DNA of 64,000 nucleotides from Alphaproteobacteria bacterium (GTDB lineage: Bacteria > Pseudomonadota > Alphaproteobacteria > CALKHQ01). Position 1 is the first letter of the stretch. Each line of letters starts with the position of its first letter. This document shows, in pieces, positions 60,943 through 64,000 of this stretch. The stretch covers positions 2,624,001 through 2,688,000 of the forward strand of contig CBDDFZ010000001.1 in assembly GCA_965227515.1 (NCBI GenBank). The letters are read 5' to 3'. Under the pieces are notes generated by a model. The model worked only from the letters and a program-made list of their open reading frames with translations. It searched no databases and was not told the origin of the DNA. The position numbers and the translations under genes are program-made.

Positions 60943-62016
60943 ATGAGATCAACGTCCTGCACAGGCATGCACCGCGTCCGGCGCTGGCCAGGAGTGCTGG
61001 CCGCTGGGATGGCATTGGCCTTACCGCACCAAGCCAACGCCGAGGATAACGACCAGTCTGTCATCTATCTGGACGGCGCGCTCTTCTTCGAGGGCTGGGC
61101 CATTGACACCCCGCTCGATCTGGACGGCACGCTGAAATTCGATGGTTTTGGCGGCCGTGAGCTGACCGGATCGGTCGGCACGCTCACCTTCACGGGACTT
61201 GGCGGCCCGGCAATCGATGACAGCGTCGGCATTCTTTCATTCACCGGCCTGGGTGACCCTGAGATCGAGGACAGCATTGGCACTTTGTCGTTCACTGGCC
61301 TGGGTGACCCTGAGATCGAGGACAGAATTGGCACGCTCGCCTTCACCGGTTGGGGAGGGTCGCTGGCGCCTGAGGGCATTCTGGAACTCGGTATGCGCGG
61401 CTGGGGCGTGGACGGTGGACCGGGTGATACGCAGGACCTGGCCATGAAAGGTTGGGGCGGCGAGGCATCGCCCGATGGCTTCAGAGATCTCGTGTTCCGC
61501 GGTTGGGGCGATGCCGCGGCGTCATGGGACGAGGTACAACTCCGGTTCTTCGGCCTCGGCGTCCTGCCGCCGCCATGCAGCCCGGCTGACTATGCGAGCG
61601 GTAATTTGGTGGCGCGGCCATCCCGCAATCCGGCCAACGAACACCATTATCAGCGCTTCACGTGCATCACTGACTGGTGGTCGGCCCACCAGGCGTGCGA
61701 CTCCGTCGGCGCCCATCTGGTCACAATCGTGTCGGCGGAGGAGCAGGACTACGTCGCCGCACTCGCCAGGGGGTGCGATGACCCCGGCTGCTGGTTGGGC
61801 GGCACGGACAGCGACGTCGAAGGCAGCTTTCGATGGGTGACCGGGGAGCCCTTCGGCTACCGAAACTGGAAGTCCGGCGAACCCAACGACGATTGCGACG
61901 GCGAGGACTTCCTGCACATTCGCACCGGCGGCGACTGGAACGACCAGGCGCACGACGGCAGCTGCCACAATTGGGGGCTGATGCAGTACATCTGCGAGTG
62001 GGAGGCCCGCGAGTAG
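60943..62016 (+). CDS. Secreted protein with 17-aa repeats and C-terminal C-type lectin domain
   Basis: Signal peptide (ANA-ED), L.F.G(L/W)G repeats, CTLD motifs W..A..AC...GAHLVTI.S.EEQ, WLGG.D...EG.F.W.TGE, NW..GEPND, WND, YICE. Confidence 0.85.
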   Translation: MRSTSCTGMHRVRRWPGVLAAGMALALPHQANAEDNDQSVIYLDGALFFEGWAIDTPLDLDGTLKFDGFGGRELTGSVGTLTFTGLGGPAIDDSVGILSFTGLGDPEIEDSIGTLSFTGLGDPEIEDRIGTLAFTGWGGSLAPEGILELGMRGWGVDGGPGDTQDLAMKGWGGEASPDGFRDLVFRGWGDAAASWDEVQLRFFGLGVLPPPCSPADYASGNLVARPSRNPANEHHYQRFTCITDWWSAHQACDSVGAHLVTIVSAEEQDYVAALARGCDDPGCWLGGTDSDVEGSFRWVTGEPFGYRNWKSGEPNDDCDGEDFLHIRTGGDWNDQAHDGSCHNWGLMQYICEWEARE

Positions 62017-62049
62017 CCTCGCGACCTGTGCGGTTCTGCGCGAAGCCAA

Positions 62050-62076
62050 GCGAGGGGGCGCGTCAGCACGTCGCTG
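62050..62076 (+). repeat. Right copy of the 27-bp direct repeat
   Basis: Identical to 58178-58204. Confidence 0.92.
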
Positions 62077-62164
62077 CCACGCCCCTGTCGCTCGCCTTAA
62101 CGGCCCGCGAGGCTCAGCTCATGATTTCCGGAAGTGGCCGATGGCCAAGCAGGTGCGGGAGCAC

Positions 62165-62527
62165 CTACTTCGCGTACCAGTTTCCGTCCTGGCCGAGCAG
62201 CATGGTGCCTGCCGGCACCTGGGCATAAATCCGTTGGGCGGCACGAATGCCGACCTGCGCCACCGGCGCGCCTGTCTGGTTGGCGGCCGACTGATAGGCG
62301 GCGCGGCGCTGCGCGTTGATCTCCTCGACCAACTGGCGCACGCTCGCCGGAGCGTTGGCGTCCAGCAACTGGACGAACCCGTCCGGCCGCTCGCCGATCT
62401 GCCGGGCCGAATAGGCATCCAGCAGGGGATTTGCCAAGGCCGCGCCGGTAAGCACGACCAGGGCCACAAGCGCCGCCGTGCTGCCTTGCACGATTCGGCG
62501 TAACGCTGTGCTGATCATCTGAGTCAT
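62165..62527 (-). CDS. ydbL: YdbL/DUF1318 family periplasmic protein
   Basis: Signal peptide, IGERPDG+, LV..IN..RR..Y...A, G.W..K. Confidence 0.85.
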   Translation of the reverse strand: MTQMISTALRRIVQGSTAALVALVVLTGAALANPLLDAYSARQIGERPDGFVQLLDANAPASVRQLVEEINAQRRAAYQSAANQTGAPVAQVGIRAAQRIYAQVPAGTMLLGQDGNWYAK

Positions 62528-62775
62528 TGGCTTTCTCCCGGTAAACCAAATAGCTCCGGCTGATCTGCAAAGATGTCGTCCAATGCCTGGTCGACCTTCA
62601 ACAGCACTTCCTGCTCGATTGTGATTTTGACTTCGAACACGTAGGGCCCTTCGGGCAATTGGATGCAGGCTGCTGTCGATCCCATCAGCATGCTGGCGAA
62701 CACACACGACCGCCAACATAGCGTTCGCAACAGGTAGCGATCAAATGCGTCGGAAATGGGGTTATTGAATGTCAA
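62524..62775 (-). CDS. ynbE: YnbE family lipoprotein
   Basis: Lipobox TAAC, P..P....V.I.IEQE+..KVD..LDD+....P.LF; lies between ydbH and ydbL. Start uncertain. Confidence 0.75.
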   Translation of the reverse strand: MTFNNPISDAFDRYLLRTLCWRSCVFASMLMGSTAACIQLPEGPYVFEVKITIEQEVLLKVDQALDDIFADQPELFGLPGESQ

Positions 62776-62787
62776 AATGGGGCGCCC

Positions 62788-64000
62788 CTAGTCCGCAAAC
62801 TCGAAGGTGGACTCCCCAAAACTGCTGTCATATCCGGACTCTAGGATCATTTGTTCAATTTCGGGCGGCAGGCCGAATCCGATCAGCGTATTGCGGATCA
62901 AGTCCTCCAATTCGCCATCGACGTGCAGCGTCAGATCCACATCCTCGCCGTCAAAGACTTCGGGATTGCGCCCCAGGATACGAAAACTTGCCGACAGGTC
63001 GCCGGCCACCGGGCGCATCATGCGCAGTTCCAGCGTATCGTACTGAAAATCCTTGATCAGATCGATCAGCAAGTCGACGCCCAGGTTTTCGTCGGCGAAC
63101 GCGTTCAGGTCCGGGCCGCCATCATAGCGGATAACGCCCGGGCTCTCGGCAATCAGGAACGCCTCCGGAATCACCAGATCGCCGCCGACCACCAGGATCG
63201 GAATCTCGCCGTTCAGCTTGCCGGTGGCCTGGATGCCGTCGAGCTGGGCCATCAGCATCAGGTCTTCCAGCTCCACGCCGACAACGTCGAGGGCGAATTC
63301 CTGGCGATCGGCGCTGAGGTCGATCCAGGTCTGGTCGGAGACGACGGTGCCGCCGGCCAGCCGGATATCGGCGCCGAGTATGTGGATGATGTCGGGCTCG
63401 TCGATCTGGAAGATGATCTCGGCGTCGTTCATCGGCAGGCCGGGGTCGATGCCCGACGCACGGATCACCTGCACCGGCGCGGTCTGGATCGGCCAGAGCT
63501 CGGTCAGGCGCACGTCGCCGTTCACCTCCTCGAACGCCACGCCGTCGAACTCGGTCGTCACGTCGATCAGGCGCAGGTCGACCTGCGGGGTGGTACCTTG
63601 CTCGGTCCAACTCACCGTGCCCGAGGCATCCAGCGTGCCGGTGGTGCGGGTCAGGCGGTCCAGCTCCGGGATCAGGTCGCCCGGCTGCAGCAGGCCGGGC
63701 GCGAATTGCAGGTCCAACAGATCGAACTCCGCCGAGCCGCGGTTGCCGGGCTCGATGACGTGGCGTCCCGAGTAGTCGAGCACGAGTTGCACCGAGTCAT
63801 CGGCCAGCCGGCCATTGAAGCCGATCACGTCGTCATTGGAGTAGGTCATATTGTAACGCAGGCTCATCGGCGGCAGCACGTCGGCCAGGTCGTCGGCGAC
63901 CACGCGGCCGGCGGTGCTGGAGAGCCTGAGGAAGATATCGGGATCGAAGTCGTCGTAAGTCAGGTCGAACCGAAAGCTCGACATCGACACGTCGTGGGAA
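62788..64000 (-). CDS. ydbH: YdbH family intermembrane bridge protein, 5'-truncated by the window edge
   Basis: G.L.GEIP+, L.A..PG.IRY, F.YD.L, +.G.NP.V..G..V.L.+.+.G; ydbH-ynbE-ydbL synteny. Confidence 0.85.
   Translation of the reverse strand, partial: SHDVSMSSFRFDLTYDDFDPDIFLRLSSTAGRVVADDLADVLPPMSLRYNMTYSNDDVIGFNGRLADDSVQLVLDYSGRHVIEPGNRGSAEFDLLDLQFAPGLLQPGDLIPELDRLTRTTGTLDASGTVSWTEQGTTPQVDLRLIDVTTEFDGVAFEEVNGDVRLTELWPIQTAPVQVIRASGIDPGLPMNDAEIIFQIDEPDIIHILGADIRLAGGTVVSDQTWIDLSADRQEFALDVVGVELEDLMLMAQLDGIQATGKLNGEIPILVVGGDLVIPEAFLIAESPGVIRYDGGPDLNAFADENLGVDLLIDLIKDFQYDTLELRMMRPVAGDLSASFRILGRNPEVFDGEDVDLTLHVDGELEDLIRNTLIGFGLPPEIEQMILESGYDSSFGESTFEFAD

Noticed and set aside
61219-61350. DGR template/variable repeat pair in the C-type lectin gene
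   Set aside because: Repeats are tandem in-frame stalk units, not adenine-specific TR/VR copies, and no reverse transcriptase is present.

Overview
High-GC alphaproteobacterial (Rhodospirillales-like) chromosomal window. It opens with the 3' ~6 kb of a giant filamentous-haemagglutinin-like beta-helix exoprotein. Housekeeping and metabolic genes follow: aldo/keto reductase, oligopeptidase B, aceA with a divergent ScfR/RamB-type regulator, a rhamnose-type ABC transporter, sulfite dehydrogenase plus cytochrome c, ECF sigma/anti-sigma, nrdB, tRNA-Gln, dusA, a Na+/H+ antiporter, maiA, mepA, coxDE/xdhC/mocA-like genes and ydbH-ynbE-ydbL. The most striking feature is a compact podovirus-derived DNA-packaging module at 8.5-14.5 kb. 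It contains a DUF6456 (GafA/GafZ-like) activator, a short TerS apparently lacking an HTH, a P22-type large terminase cleanly split into ATPase and nuclease genes, a T7/BPP-1-type portal, a Bbp19-like gene and a scaffold. It has no integrase, replication, capsid or tail genes. It is preceded by overlapping perfect LexA (GTTC-N7-GTTC) and CtrA (TTAA-N7-TTAA) boxes, and two further LexA-like boxes precede the downstream units. This is a candidate host-domesticated, non-RcGTA-type gene transfer agent locus. Other notable items: a 3.9-kb island bounded by a perfect 27-bp direct repeat that encodes three paralogous unknown secreted proteins plus a C-type lectin; an orphan ParB paralog co-oriented with two PodJ-like genes; a chromosomal aac(3)-I homolog; and several REP/MITE-like palindromes. 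All family calls are by eye from sequence motifs; no searches were run.
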